Origin: Candidatus Latescibacterota bacterium
GTDB taxonomy: Bacteria; Latescibacterota; UBA2968; UBA8231
Length of the DNA stretch: 64,000 nucleotides
Direction: 5' to 3'
Assembly (NCBI GenBank): GCA_965223905.1
Contig: CBDCXV010000010.1
Span: forward strand, 1,760,001-1,824,000
The notes below the pieces were generated by a model that did not search any database, was not told the origin of the DNA, and was given only the letters and a program-made list of their open reading frames with translations. Below are positions 48,820 through 59,075 of the stretch, piece by piece. The translations under genes were made by a program, and so were the position numbers. The first letter of the stretch is position 1; each line of letters begins with the position of its first letter.

Positions 48820-51800
48820 TTGATGAAATCATCCTTCCCTGAAAACTGGCTCGCATTCCTGGTGCACCGCGGCGCGGCGCGCGCCTTGCCGGCCGCCCTG
48901 TTGTGGTCCGCTCTGTCCGCCCCCCCGGCATGGACGCAGAAGCTGCAGGATTCCCAGCTCGAGCTGCCGGGGGTGTGGGCCGGCAAGGCCGCCTGGGGAG
49001 ACTACGACGGCGACGGCGACCCGGATCTCCTCCTCGTCGGCGAAACCGAGTCCGGCGGGCAGTGCCTGAGGATCGCCCGGGTACTTCGCAACGACGCCGG
49101 GCTCCTCGCAGAGGACGTCGCCCAGTCACAGCGGCTTGTCGGGGTCTATTTCGGAGACGCCGGGTGGGCGGACTACGATGGGGACGGCGATCTCGATGCC
49201 GCCGTCGCCGGCTGGGATGCGGACGACCTCGGCAGTCTGCGGCTCTACACCAATGACGCCGGGCCGGAGGAAGGGGAGCGTCTGCTGACCCCGGACATGA
49301 CCCAGGTGGACGACGCAGGGAACCCGAATTTCCGGGGTGTCCGCTACGCCGATCTCTCCTGGACCGACTTCGACCGCGACGGCGACCTCGACCTCACCGT
49401 CACCGGGCTGGAAGGCAACGGCACCTCCCTCACCCACCTGTACCGGAACCGCGACGGCCTGCTGATCCTCGACGAGGCCAACAGCGAGGCCCTCGTCAAC
49501 GTGCACAACGGCGACCTCGCCTGGGCGGACTACGACAACGACGGCGACCTCGACCTCGCCCTGTCCGGGGAGAACGTCATCTCCGACAACGTCACCCGCA
49601 TCACCGAGTTCTACAGGAACGATCCCGTCGGCGACCTCGAGCTCGACGTCAGCGTTGCGGCGGCGCCCCGGGTCAAGGGAGGATCGCTGGCCTGGGCGGA
49701 CTACGACAACGACGGGAACCTCGATCTGGCGCTTTCCGGCCGCGGCGATTCGTGGGCGGTGAAGCTGCTGCTATACCGCAACCGGCCGGCGGGCACCCTC
49801 GGGCTCGACGACGGGTTTTCCCTCAATCCTTTCCAGACCGTCGACGGGCAGCTCGCCTGGGTCGACTACGACAACGACGGCGACCAGGACCTCGCCGTGT
49901 CGGGCCGCACCCTGCTGTCCGACCACCGCACCCAGGTGTTCGACAACGACGGCGGAACGGTGACTTCCGGGGCGGTCGAGAACCTCGAGGGCCTCGCCGG
50001 GGGCACCGCGGTATGGGGCGACTACGACGGCGACGGCCGCGTCGACCTGCTGCTGAGCGGGGTCGATCAGTCGGGCGAGCGGCGCACCGTTCTCTACGGC
50101 AACCGGGGCGTCGCCACCCCCAACCGCGATCCATCCGCTCCCGCGACGCTCAACCCGGTGCAGGTTACCAGCACCCGCGCCCTGTTCAGCTGGCCGGCGG
50201 GGGAGGACGTCGAGTCGCAGGCACTCTCCTACAACCTCCGCATCGGCACCCGGCCGGGAGGCGGCGACGTGCTCTCCGGCAGCCTGCCGCCGGGGCCGGG
50301 CAACGCCGGGCTGAGGACCAGCTACGTCCTCGAGCGCTCGCTGCCCCCGAACCGCTATTACTGGTCCGTGCAGGCGGTCGACGGAGGTTTCGCGCGCTCG
50401 CCCTTCTCCACCGAGGGCAGCTTTGTCGTCGAGGATCTCGTCTCCTCGGACCAGAGTCTGCGCAATCTCGAGGAAGCGTCGATGTCCTGGGGCGACATCG
50501 ACGACGACGGGGACGCCGACCTCGCAGTCATGGGGAGAAACCGCAGCGGCGAAGCCCGCACCTTGGTCTACGTCAACGAAGCCGGCGAGCTGCGGCCGAA
50601 CCTCGGGGCGGGAATCACTCCGCTGCGCAACGGCGACCTGGCCTGGGGGGATTACGACAACGACGGCGACCTCGATCTCGTCGTCACCGGCCAGGACGGC
50701 TTCGGGACCCCCCACAGCGAGCTGTTCGCTACCGATGTACTCGGCGGGGAGGTGAGTTTCGAGCGCGCCGGCGCCTTCCCGGATCTCTCTCTCAGCTCCG
50801 CCGACTGGGGAGACGCCGACAGTGACGGCGACCTCGACCTGGTGTTGATGGGCCTGGGCAGCGACATCGACGGCGCGACCCGGTCGCACACCCAGCTGTG
50901 GCTAAACGACGGCGAAGGCGGCTTCGCCGAGGCGCAGAAAGACCTCGTCGGATTGCACGACGGCGAGGCGGCGTGGGCGGACGCCGACGGCGACGGTGAT
51001 TCCGACCTCGCGGTGACCGGAACCAGTTCCGCGGGCACCCCGGAGCTGCGGCTCTACCTCAACGACGGCTCCGGTCCGGGCATGGTCATGCTGTCCCTGA
51101 CCGGGCTCGAGTCGAGCGACCTTGCCTGGGGGGACTGGGACCGCGACGGCGACCCCGATCTGCTCGCTGCCGGGATCGGGGATGGCGGGATGGCGGCGAC
51201 GCTCTGGGAGAACGACGGCGGCAGCTTCACGGAGGCCGCGGGCGCAGGCCTGCCCGGCATTCGCGACGGCGACCTCGCCTGGGGGGACTACGACAACGAC
51301 CAAGACCTCGACGTCGTCATCGCCGGCAACGACGGGTCGCAGGCGATCCTGCAGATATGGGAGAACACCATCGACCGCACCGGCGCCGGAGGGCCGTTCG
51401 AGCAGGTCGCCCTGGAGGCGCTCCAGGGTGTTCAACTCAGCGCCGCGGCTTTCGCCGATATCGAGGAAGACGGCGACCTCGACCTGGTCTCCGCCGGCCG
51501 CGGCGCCACCGGCTCTCCCCTGAGCGCCATCAACGAGAACCTCACCGCCCGGTTCAACCCCAACTTCCCCCCGCGCAACCCATCCGGGCTCGAGGCGGAC
51601 GACGACTCCGGCGGGGTTGTCCTGAGCTGGCAGGCCTCCGGGGATGACGGCGCCCCTCCACCGGAGAGCCTGACCTACAACCTGCGGGTCGGGACCACCT
51701 CGCGGGGAAACGAGGTGATTTCCGGCCTCGGGGAGGTGGGCCCCGGAAACAACGGTCACCGGACCGAGCGCACCCTCGTCCGCCTTGAAAGCGGCACCTA

Positions 51801-54800
51801 CTTCTGGTCGATCCAGGCGGTGGACGCCGGATTCGCCCGTTCCGGGTGGAGCCCCGAGCGGCGATTCGTCATGGATGCCATGCCCCCCGTTCTCGGCGCT
51901 CACAGTACCAGCCGGCAGCTGGTGGGTCTGGATCAGACCATCACCCTGGCCCTGGAGTTTATTGACGAGCACTCCGGCATCGATGCTTCGACGGCGCCCA
52001 CCGTGCAGGCCGCGGTCGGCTCGGTTACCCTCGACTTCGAGCAGGTGCAGTTCACCGGCGGCACCTGGAGCGGCGAGCTGACTATCGCCGCGGGCGTGCC
52101 CTCCGGCACGGCGACGATCTCCGTGCGCGGAGTGCTCGACGGCAAGGGGAACGAGTTGATTCCCGTCGATCTCGCCGATGCGTTCGAGGTGGACGCGGTT
52201 GCCCCCGAGGCCGTCGCCTTCGAACCGGCCTCCGGTGCCGGGAAGGTTCCGGTTTCCACGTCCGTGCTGATGGTCCGGTTCTCCGAGCCGATCGACGAGA
52301 CGACCGTCGATGAACGGAGTTTTTCACTCCGCTCGGGCGAGTCGGCGACGACTCCGCTGGCGGCCACGTACGACCCGGAGACCCACGTCGCCGTGCTGAC
52401 CCCGGAGGGTGGCCTGCTTCCGGGTACGCTGTACACGGTCGAGGTCTCCGCTTCCGTTCGGGACCTGGCCGGCAACCGGCTCGCCGACACCATGAGCTGG
52501 AGCTTCAGCACCGCGGTGCCTCAGCTGCTGGAGACCAACCCTGCCGACGGGGCCGAGGGCGTCCATCCCGCCACGGAAAGCATCGTCGCCGTCTTCGACG
52601 GCCCGCTGACGGCCGGCGCCCTCGACGCGCCCGGAGCGGTGCAGGTCCTGCGCGAGGGGGAGCCCCTCGACCTCGCCGAAGCGCCGATGTTCGACCCCGA
52701 CGACAACTCCCTTTCCATTGCGCTCGCGGGGGGCCTTGAGCCCGGAAGCCGCTACGAGGTCATCCTCGACGGCTCCCTCGCCGGTCCGCTGCGACTGCTC
52801 GGCCAGGGAGACTTCCGCTGGAGCTTCGCCACCGCGGTTCCGCAACTGCTGGAGACCAGCCCTGCCGACGGGGCCGAGGGCGTCGATCCCGCCACGGAGC
52901 GGATCACCGCCGTCTTCGACGGCCCCCTGGCGGCCAGCGCCCTCGATGCGCCCGGAACGGTGCAGGTCCTGAGCGAAGAAGACCCGCTCGACCTCGCCGA
53001 AACGCCGTTGTTCGACGCCGAGGGCAACTCCCTCTCCTTCGCGGTCGCCGGGGGTCTCGTGCCCGCAAGCCGCTACGAAGTCATCCTCGACGGCTCCCTC
53101 GCAGGTCCGCTGCGCCTTCTCGACCAGGGAGACTTCCGCTGGAGCTTCACGACCGCGGCGCCACAGCTGCTGGAGACCCGTCCGACCGACGGGGAAACAG
53201 GCGTCGGTGTCGACCTCGCCGAGGCGACCGTGACCTTCAGCGTCTCCCTGGACCCGGACCAGATTACCCGCGACAACTTCCGGCTCCTGCGGGAAGGAGA
53301 GCCGGTGGCGCTTCGCTCCGGGGACCCGGCCGAGCGCGATCCCGGCACCTATGCGCTGGCCCCCGAGGCAGGGTGGCAGGTCGGCAGCTCCTACAGCGTC
53401 GAGATCGCCACGGACGTCACCGGGCAGCTGTCCGGTAGCGGGCCGATCTCGTGGAATTTCCAGACCGCAGTCCCGGTGGCGACGGGGCTCAATCCGGCAG
53501 CCGGCGACGACGCCGTTGCCACCGCCACCCGCGAGATAACAGCGGTATTCGACAACCCGATCGACGAAGCCGCCCTTAGCGCCGAGGGGGGGGGGCGCCT
53601 GCTTCTGGAGGGAAGCCCGGAGGCACTCGAGGAGCCTTCCTGGGACCCCGGAACGCGAACGGTGACCCTTACCCCTGCGACGGGCCTCAGGGCGGGTTCG
53701 GCCTACACGGTAATCCTGTCCGCGGCGATCGCCGGGCCGCGGGCGGGCGCGGAGACGCGGTGGAGCTTCAGCACGGTCGTCCCTTCCGTGGCCTCGACCG
53801 ATCCCGCGGACGGCGCTTCGATCGCCGCGGGGAGGCGCCGCGTCGAGGTCCTGTTCACCGCCCCGATCGACGCCGGCCTGGTGATGAATTCGCGCAACTT
53901 CCGACTCGGCAGGTCGGGGCAGCCGCTGCAGCTCGACGACGGCGACTTCCTCTACGACGAGGCCGCCAACAAGGTCAACCTGCCGGAGGTCGATTTCCTT
54001 TCCGGCAGCTCCTACGAGGCCGCGGTCCTGCCCCGGGTGCGGGGGCCGCGCGGGGCCGATGCCGGGCCGTTCACCTGGAGCTTCAACACCGACCTGCCCG
54101 CGGTGGTGGCGACGTCCCCGCAGGCCGATGCCGAAGGGGTGTCGATCACCACCGAGGAGATCCGCATCGAGTTCTCGCTTCCCGTCGCGGTGCGGGACGG
54201 ACGCGGGTTCACCCTGCTGGCGCGGCAGCTCGAAGAGGTGCCTGGGGGCGAAGAGGCGGGGTTCGAGGTGACGGCTATCACCGGCTTCGCCATCGACTCC
54301 GGTTTCAAGGTGGTCAGCTTCGCGCCCCGGGGAGGGCTACGGCCGTTCACGGAATACCGGGTCAGCGTCGGCCCCGAAGTTTTCGGCGAGCTCGCCGACC
54401 GCGGCTTCGAGTTCGCGTTTCGCACCGCCCCGCGGCTGACCGAGACGGCCAGCGGCGGCCTGCTCGCGACCGCGGACCGCAGGCTCGAGCTCTACCTGCC
54501 CCCCAATGCCCTCGCCGGCGGCAGCGGTGAGATCGCCATCCGGCGGCTGGCGGACGCCGGCGCCGAGGACGCCCGTTCCCGGGACCTCACCCCTGTCGGG
54601 CAGGCCTTCGAAATCGACGCCGGCGACGGGGTTCTGCGCAAACCGGGGACCCTGACCCTGCGCTACGAAGCCGGCGATGTCGAGGGACGCGACACCTCGC
54701 GCCTGGCGATTTTCCGCCTCGTCGACGGCGAATGGACGCGGGTCGGCGGCACTTCCGTCCCCGCCGAGCGGGAAGTGCGGACCTCGGTCGAGGACTTCGG

Positions 54801-55152
54801 GACCTACGGCATCTTCGAAGACCTCACCGCGACTGCCGGGGCCGCGGCCATCGACGGCATCGACTGCCAGCCGCGCGCCTTCGCCCCTGCCGGAGGAAGC
54901 GGGGCGCTGCGCGACAAGACCGACATCTCGTTCGACCTGGCCGCGGCTGCCGACGTAACCGTCCGCGTGTACAACGCTTCCGGGCGCCTCGAGCGGGTGA
55001 TCGCCCGCGACCGGCCGATGGCCCCCGGGCGCCAGTCGCTGACCTGGAACGGCCGGGACAAGGAGGGCAAGGTGGTCGCCAGCGGCCTTTACGTCGTCGT
55101 CGTCAGCGGCGGCGACATGCAGTCGGAAAAAATCGTGGCGGTGGTGCGATGA
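48820..55152 (+). CDS. 2110-aa secreted protein: 2x(FG-GAP/VCBS propeller + FN3), Big_5-type Ig repeats, ZU5-like region, C-terminal FlgD-type Ig domain
   Basis: About 14 WxDxDxDGDxDL blades; YNLRIGT..YYWSVQAVD twice; repeated PxDGAEGV..F..WSFxT units; end VTVRVYNASGRLERVI..WNGRDKEGKVVASGLYVVVV..KIVAVVR. Confidence 0.85.
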   Translation: MMKSSFPENWLAFLVHRGAARALPAALLWSALSAPPAWTQKLQDSQLELPGVWAGKAAWGDYDGDGDPDLLLVGETESGGQCLRIARVLRNDAGLLAEDVAQSQRLVGVYFGDAGWADYDGDGDLDAAVAGWDADDLGSLRLYTNDAGPEEGERLLTPDMTQVDDAGNPNFRGVRYADLSWTDFDRDGDLDLTVTGLEGNGTSLTHLYRNRDGLLILDEANSEALVNVHNGDLAWADYDNDGDLDLALSGENVISDNVTRITEFYRNDPVGDLELDVSVAAAPRVKGGSLAWADYDNDGNLDLALSGRGDSWAVKLLLYRNRPAGTLGLDDGFSLNPFQTVDGQLAWVDYDNDGDQDLAVSGRTLLSDHRTQVFDNDGGTVTSGAVENLEGLAGGTAVWGDYDGDGRVDLLLSGVDQSGERRTVLYGNRGVATPNRDPSAPATLNPVQVTSTRALFSWPAGEDVESQALSYNLRIGTRPGGGDVLSGSLPPGPGNAGLRTSYVLERSLPPNRYYWSVQAVDGGFARSPFSTEGSFVVEDLVSSDQSLRNLEEASMSWGDIDDDGDADLAVMGRNRSGEARTLVYVNEAGELRPNLGAGITPLRNGDLAWGDYDNDGDLDLVVTGQDGFGTPHSELFATDVLGGEVSFERAGAFPDLSLSSADWGDADSDGDLDLVLMGLGSDIDGATRSHTQLWLNDGEGGFAEAQKDLVGLHDGEAAWADADGDGDSDLAVTGTSSAGTPELRLYLNDGSGPGMVMLSLTGLESSDLAWGDWDRDGDPDLLAAGIGDGGMAATLWENDGGSFTEAAGAGLPGIRDGDLAWGDYDNDQDLDVVIAGNDGSQAILQIWENTIDRTGAGGPFEQVALEALQGVQLSAAAFADIEEDGDLDLVSAGRGATGSPLSAINENLTARFNPNFPPRNPSGLEADDDSGGVVLSWQASGDDGAPPPESLTYNLRVGTTSRGNEVISGLGEVGPGNNGHRTERTLVRLESGTYFWSIQAVDAGFARSGWSPERRFVMDAMPPVLGAHSTSRQLVGLDQTITLALEFIDEHSGIDASTAPTVQAAVGSVTLDFEQVQFTGGTWSGELTIAAGVPSGTATISVRGVLDGKGNELIPVDLADAFEVDAVAPEAVAFEPASGAGKVPVSTSVLMVRFSEPIDETTVDERSFSLRSGESATTPLAATYDPETHVAVLTPEGGLLPGTLYTVEVSASVRDLAGNRLADTMSWSFSTAVPQLLETNPADGAEGVHPATESIVAVFDGPLTAGALDAPGAVQVLREGEPLDLAEAPMFDPDDNSLSIALAGGLEPGSRYEVILDGSLAGPLRLLGQGDFRWSFATAVPQLLETSPADGAEGVDPATERITAVFDGPLAASALDAPGTVQVLSEEDPLDLAETPLFDAEGNSLSFAVAGGLVPASRYEVILDGSLAGPLRLLDQGDFRWSFTTAAPQLLETRPTDGETGVGVDLAEATVTFSVSLDPDQITRDNFRLLREGEPVALRSGDPAERDPGTYALAPEAGWQVGSSYSVEIATDVTGQLSGSGPISWNFQTAVPVATGLNPAAGDDAVATATREITAVFDNPIDEAALSAEGGGRLLLEGSPEALEEPSWDPGTRTVTLTPATGLRAGSAYTVILSAAIAGPRAGAETRWSFSTVVPSVASTDPADGASIAAGRRRVEVLFTAPIDAGLVMNSRNFRLGRSGQPLQLDDGDFLYDEAANKVNLPEVDFLSGSSYEAAVLPRVRGPRGADAGPFTWSFNTDLPAVVATSPQADAEGVSITTEEIRIEFSLPVAVRDGRGFTLLARQLEEVPGGEEAGFEVTAITGFAIDSGFKVVSFAPRGGLRPFTEYRVSVGPEVFGELADRGFEFAFRTAPRLTETASGGLLATADRRLELYLPPNALAGGSGEIAIRRLADAGAEDARSRDLTPVGQAFEIDAGDGVLRKPGTLTLRYEAGDVEGRDTSRLAIFRLVDGEWTRVGGTSVPAEREVRTSVEDFGTYGIFEDLTATAGAAAIDGIDCQPRAFAPAGGSGALRDKTDISFDLAAAADVTVRVYNASGRLERVIARDRPMAPGRQSLTWNGRDKEGKVVASGLYVVVVSGGDMQSEKIVAVVR
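52498..53139 (+). repeat. Intragenic 321-bp (107-aa) tandem duplication of an Ig-like domain
   Basis: TGGAGCTTC recurs at 52498, 52819 and 53140; RYEVILDGSLAGPLRLL identical in both copies. Confidence 0.9.
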
Positions 55153-56585
55153 GCGCGGCGGCCCGGGGGATCCTTGCGGCGCTCTTGATGGCGGCGGTGT
55201 CGCCCGCATCGGGGCAGACCTTCACCAACGTCACCGAAGCGAGCGGCGCGGTCGGCTTCCGCGGTACTACCGGTGCCTGGGGGGATTTCGACGGCGACGG
55301 CGACCTCGACCTCTACGTCGCCAACCGCGGGGCCGCCAACGCCCTGTTGGCGAACAACGGCGACGACACCTTCGCCGACGTCGCCGCGGCTGCTGGAGTC
55401 GACGAGGACGGCGACAGCGTCGCGGCCGCCTGGGCAGATTTCGACAACGACGGCGACCTCGACCTCTACGTCGCCGACTTCTTCGCCCAGGACTTCCTCT
55501 ACGAGAACTCCGGCGGCAGCTTCTCCGAGGTCGGCAGGGCCCGCGCAATGGTCGACCTCACCAGGCGCGGGAGCGTGACCTCGGCGGCCTGGGGGGACTA
55601 CGACACCGACGGGTACCTCGATCTCTACATCGGCAAGTTCTACCACGCCAACGAGCTCTACCGCAACGACGCCGGCAGCCTGGAGCCGACCACCGGCCTG
55701 GGGACCGGGGACCAGCGCGACACCGGCGGGCTGACCTGGGTCGACTACGACAACGACGGCGACATCGACCTCTACACCGTCAACCGCGAGCAGGAGAACG
55801 GCCTCTTCCGCAACGACCTCGACGCCGGCGGCGAGTTCGCGGCGATCGCCTGCGCGGCGACGGTGGACAACACCGAGATCGGCCAGACCGGCGCCTGGGG
55901 GGATTTCGACAACGACGGCGACCTCGACCTGCACCTCGCCAACGTCGGCGCAAACAACCTGTACCGCAACGACGGGGAGGACCGATTCAGCGACGTCGCC
56001 GCCGCCGCCGGAGTGCGCAGCAGCGGCTCCGGGTTCCTCACCGCCATGTCGGCATGGCTCGACTTCGACGGCGACGGCCACCTCGACCTCTTCCTCGCCA
56101 ACGGCGCCGAGCTGGAGCTGCCAGACGTACTCTTCGCCAACAACGGAGACGGCACCTTCCGCGACGCTACGGCGGAAGCCGGGCTGCCGACAATCGGCTC
56201 CTCCCACCTGTCGGTCAGCCGGGGGGACATCGACGGCGACGGGGCTCCCGATCTCTACCTCACCAACGGCGCGGCCCTGGGGAACCGTCTGTTCCGGAAC
56301 GCCACCGGAGGCTCTGCGTTCATCAAGGTGCACGTGCGCGGCAAGGGCCCCGGCGCCGGCGGCATCAACTTCTTCGGGCTCGGGGCGCAGGTCCGCCTTT
56401 TCGACGCCGTCACCGACACGCTGGTCTCCTTCACCCAGATGCTGCCCGGCCCCGGGGCTCCGGAAGTGATCTTCGGGGCCCCTGCAGGGCCCTACAACGT
56501 CCAGGTCCGCTTCCCGGGAAACGAGGTCCCGATGATCGTCGGCAACGTGCGTGGCGGCGACAGCATCACCATCGAGGAGCCGTAG
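55149..56585 (+). CDS. Secreted FG-GAP repeat (CRTAC1-like) protein
   Basis: ATGA overlap with the upstream gene; signal peptide; about 7 WxDxDxDGxxDLY blades; short ASPIC-like end. Confidence 0.87.
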   Translation: MSAAARGILAALLMAAVSPASGQTFTNVTEASGAVGFRGTTGAWGDFDGDGDLDLYVANRGAANALLANNGDDTFADVAAAAGVDEDGDSVAAAWADFDNDGDLDLYVADFFAQDFLYENSGGSFSEVGRARAMVDLTRRGSVTSAAWGDYDTDGYLDLYIGKFYHANELYRNDAGSLEPTTGLGTGDQRDTGGLTWVDYDNDGDIDLYTVNREQENGLFRNDLDAGGEFAAIACAATVDNTEIGQTGAWGDFDNDGDLDLHLANVGANNLYRNDGEDRFSDVAAAAGVRSSGSGFLTAMSAWLDFDGDGHLDLFLANGAELELPDVLFANNGDGTFRDATAEAGLPTIGSSHLSVSRGDIDGDGAPDLYLTNGAALGNRLFRNATGGSAFIKVHVRGKGPGAGGINFFGLGAQVRLFDAVTDTLVSFTQMLPGPGAPEVIFGAPAGPYNVQVRFPGNEVPMIVGNVRGGDSITIEEP

Positions 56586-58975
56586 TGGCCGCGGCAATGA
56601 CATGGTCAGAGCGGCTGGCTGCCGCGGCCGCGGCTCTCTGCCTGTTGTGCGCCCCCCTGTACGGGGCGGCATCCAGGCAGCCCGACATCGGAGTGCGCGC
56701 CATTTCCATGGGCGGCGCCTTCGTCGCCGCGGCCAGCGACGCCACCGCGATCCACTGGAACCCCGCGGCTATCGCCACCCTGCAGCGCCAGCAGGTCAGA
56801 CTCTCCTACGCCGACCGCTTCGGTCTGGGCCTGCGCGAATCCTACCTGTCTTACGTGCTGCCTCTCACCGAGAGCCACGCCTTCGGGGCCGACTGGTTCC
56901 ACCGCGGTTTCGACGACGTCGAGGGTGGACTCGGACTCGAGGCGAGCCAGAACCGCTTCGGCTTCGCCTACGGGTACCGCAACGACATCGAGCGGCGGCG
57001 CTACATCGGCGACAGCGCCGTCGGCGTGACGGCTCGCTACATCGGCCAGAGGGCCAGCCTCGACGGCGCCACGGCGATGGACGCGAGCGGCTTCGGCTTC
57101 GACGCCGGTCTGCTGATCCCCGTGACCGCGGGTCTGAGCTTCGGGCTTGCCGTCCAGGATATCGGCGGCACCGCGGTCGAGCACGAGAGCGGCTTCAGGG
57201 AGGACATACTGTCCACCCACCTGCGCCTAGGCTTCGCCTACAAACCCCCGCTGGGGGGACTGACGCTGGCGGCCGACCTCGACGACCACTTCCGCGCTGG
57301 CGCCGAGTACTGGGTCAGCCGGCAGCTGGCGCTGCGCGCCGGCCTGAAGTCCGAGATAGAGACCCCGGAAAGCCGCGGACAGGCGACCTCCATCAACGCG
57401 GGATTCGGCCTGAAAAACCGCTACGTGCAGCTCGATTACGCCTACGAGAACCCCCCCGTCCTCGGCGCGACCCACTACGTCTCCGTGGCGCTTGAGTACG
57501 ACCCGAACGCCGTCGGCATCAAGGATGCGGGCATTCGTCCGAGACCGGTCTTCCGCTCGCTGTACCGGCACTACCGGGAGACCGACTTCTTCGAGGTCGT
57601 GCTCTCCAACTCCGCCTCCGAGCCGATAACCGTCATCGTCGCGCTGATGCTTCCCAAGGCGATGGCCGCGGCGCACACCGAGAAGATCGAGCTGCCGCCG
57701 CAGAGCACGGAGAAATACCGCTTCGAGGCGGACTTCGACGAGGAGCTCTTCAACAGGCCGGAGGCTTATTTCGACAACTACGTCACCCCGGTCGTGCGGG
57801 TGCGCTACACCCGCCACGAACAGAACTACCTGGTCGAAAAACGGCTCGAGCGCGTCTACCTCGCCGGCAAGGGGAAGCTGAGCTGGAACGTCGAAGGGAT
57901 GGCGGCAGCCTTCGTCACCCCTGCCGACATCGCCGTCGCCGCGGTGGCGCGTGGCCTTGTACAGCGCTACCGCGAACTGCTGGCCGGCAAGTTCAACCAC
58001 TCGAACATCGGCATGGCCGCGGTGCTGTTCGACGCCATGGGCGCCTACGGGATCCGCTACGAGGCCAACCCCGAGACGCCGTTCGCCAACGTCTCCGAGG
58101 ACCGCACGATCTTCGACACCATGCAGTACCCGAGCGAGCTGCTCAACCTTCCCGAAGGCGGCGGTACCGGCGACTGCGACGACCTCACCGTACTCTACGC
58201 GTCGCTGCTGGAAAACCTGGGGATCGACACCGCCTTTCTCGAAAGCAGCGAGCCGGGCAGGGGCCGCATCTACCTGATGTTCGACAGCGGCGTCCTTCCC
58301 GAAGAAGTCGGGGATCACTTCGTCAGCCGCGCCGAATACGTCGAGTGGGAGGGCCGCATCTGGATCCCGGTGGAGACGACGATGCTCGGATCGACCTTCA
58401 GCGAGGCCTGGGAAACGGGGGCTGCCCAGTACAAGCGGCTCAAGGTGCGCGACCTGATCTCGGAGACCTACGTGGCCAGGTGGATGCAGACCTACAAACC
58501 CGCGGTGCTGGCCCCGGTCGCCCCCGAGCTGCCCGCGAAAGCGGCTGTCTCCCGGCTGCTCTCCCGCGACACGGCCTCCTTCGACAAGCGCGCCGACCGG
58601 ATCGTCCTCGGGTCGGTCTCCTCACTCGGCAACCCGGAGGGGGCCTACGAAGCCGGCGTCGCCTACATGCGCGCCAACCACCTCGAGAAGGCGGTGCAGA
58701 TGTTCGACCGCGTCCTGGAAATGAAGCCGGACCACGAGGATGCTCTCAACGCCAAGGGGGTCGCGCTGACCAAACAGGGCCGCTACGACGAGGCGCTCGC
58801 CCTTTTCCGCGAGGCCCTCGAAATCGCCGACAGGCCCGCGGTGCGCATGAACGTCGCCATCGCCTACTATCTCAAGGGAGAGCGGGAGACCGCGTCCATG
58901 ATATTCGACGAGGTGGTGCAGCTCGACGACTCCTACCGCGAGCTGTTCGAGTTCCTCGGAGGAGCCGGGTTTTGA
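56585..58975 (+). CDS. PorV/PorQ-like beta-barrel + Ig-like + transglutaminase-like domain + TPR fusion
   Basis: GVRAISMGGAFVAAASDATAIHWNPA, LALRAG, LDYAY..LGATHYVSV; QYPSELL..GDCDDLTVLYASLLENLGIDTAF..WIPVETT; C-terminal TPRs. Confidence 0.8.
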   Translation: MAAAMTWSERLAAAAAALCLLCAPLYGAASRQPDIGVRAISMGGAFVAAASDATAIHWNPAAIATLQRQQVRLSYADRFGLGLRESYLSYVLPLTESHAFGADWFHRGFDDVEGGLGLEASQNRFGFAYGYRNDIERRRYIGDSAVGVTARYIGQRASLDGATAMDASGFGFDAGLLIPVTAGLSFGLAVQDIGGTAVEHESGFREDILSTHLRLGFAYKPPLGGLTLAADLDDHFRAGAEYWVSRQLALRAGLKSEIETPESRGQATSINAGFGLKNRYVQLDYAYENPPVLGATHYVSVALEYDPNAVGIKDAGIRPRPVFRSLYRHYRETDFFEVVLSNSASEPITVIVALMLPKAMAAAHTEKIELPPQSTEKYRFEADFDEELFNRPEAYFDNYVTPVVRVRYTRHEQNYLVEKRLERVYLAGKGKLSWNVEGMAAAFVTPADIAVAAVARGLVQRYRELLAGKFNHSNIGMAAVLFDAMGAYGIRYEANPETPFANVSEDRTIFDTMQYPSELLNLPEGGGTGDCDDLTVLYASLLENLGIDTAFLESSEPGRGRIYLMFDSGVLPEEVGDHFVSRAEYVEWEGRIWIPVETTMLGSTFSEAWETGAAQYKRLKVRDLISETYVARWMQTYKPAVLAPVAPELPAKAAVSRLLSRDTASFDKRADRIVLGSVSSLGNPEGAYEAGVAYMRANHLEKAVQMFDRVLEMKPDHEDALNAKGVALTKQGRYDEALALFREALEIADRPAVRMNVAIAYYLKGERETASMIFDEVVQLDDSYRELFEFLGGAGF

Positions 58976-59075
58976 CCGGAGGTAGTACAAAATCGCGATC
59001 CGCCGCCGCGTCCGGCGGTTCGCCGCCCCCGCTGCAGGCCGCTTTCAGCGGCAGCCGAAAGAGAGGAAGCGATTC

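Noticed and set aside
49000-56260. Recurrent GACTACGACAACGACGGCGACCTCGAC DNA repeats as a CRISPR or DGR
   Set aside because: They encode FG-GAP blades, are degenerate and irregularly spaced; no cas or reverse transcriptase genes are present.
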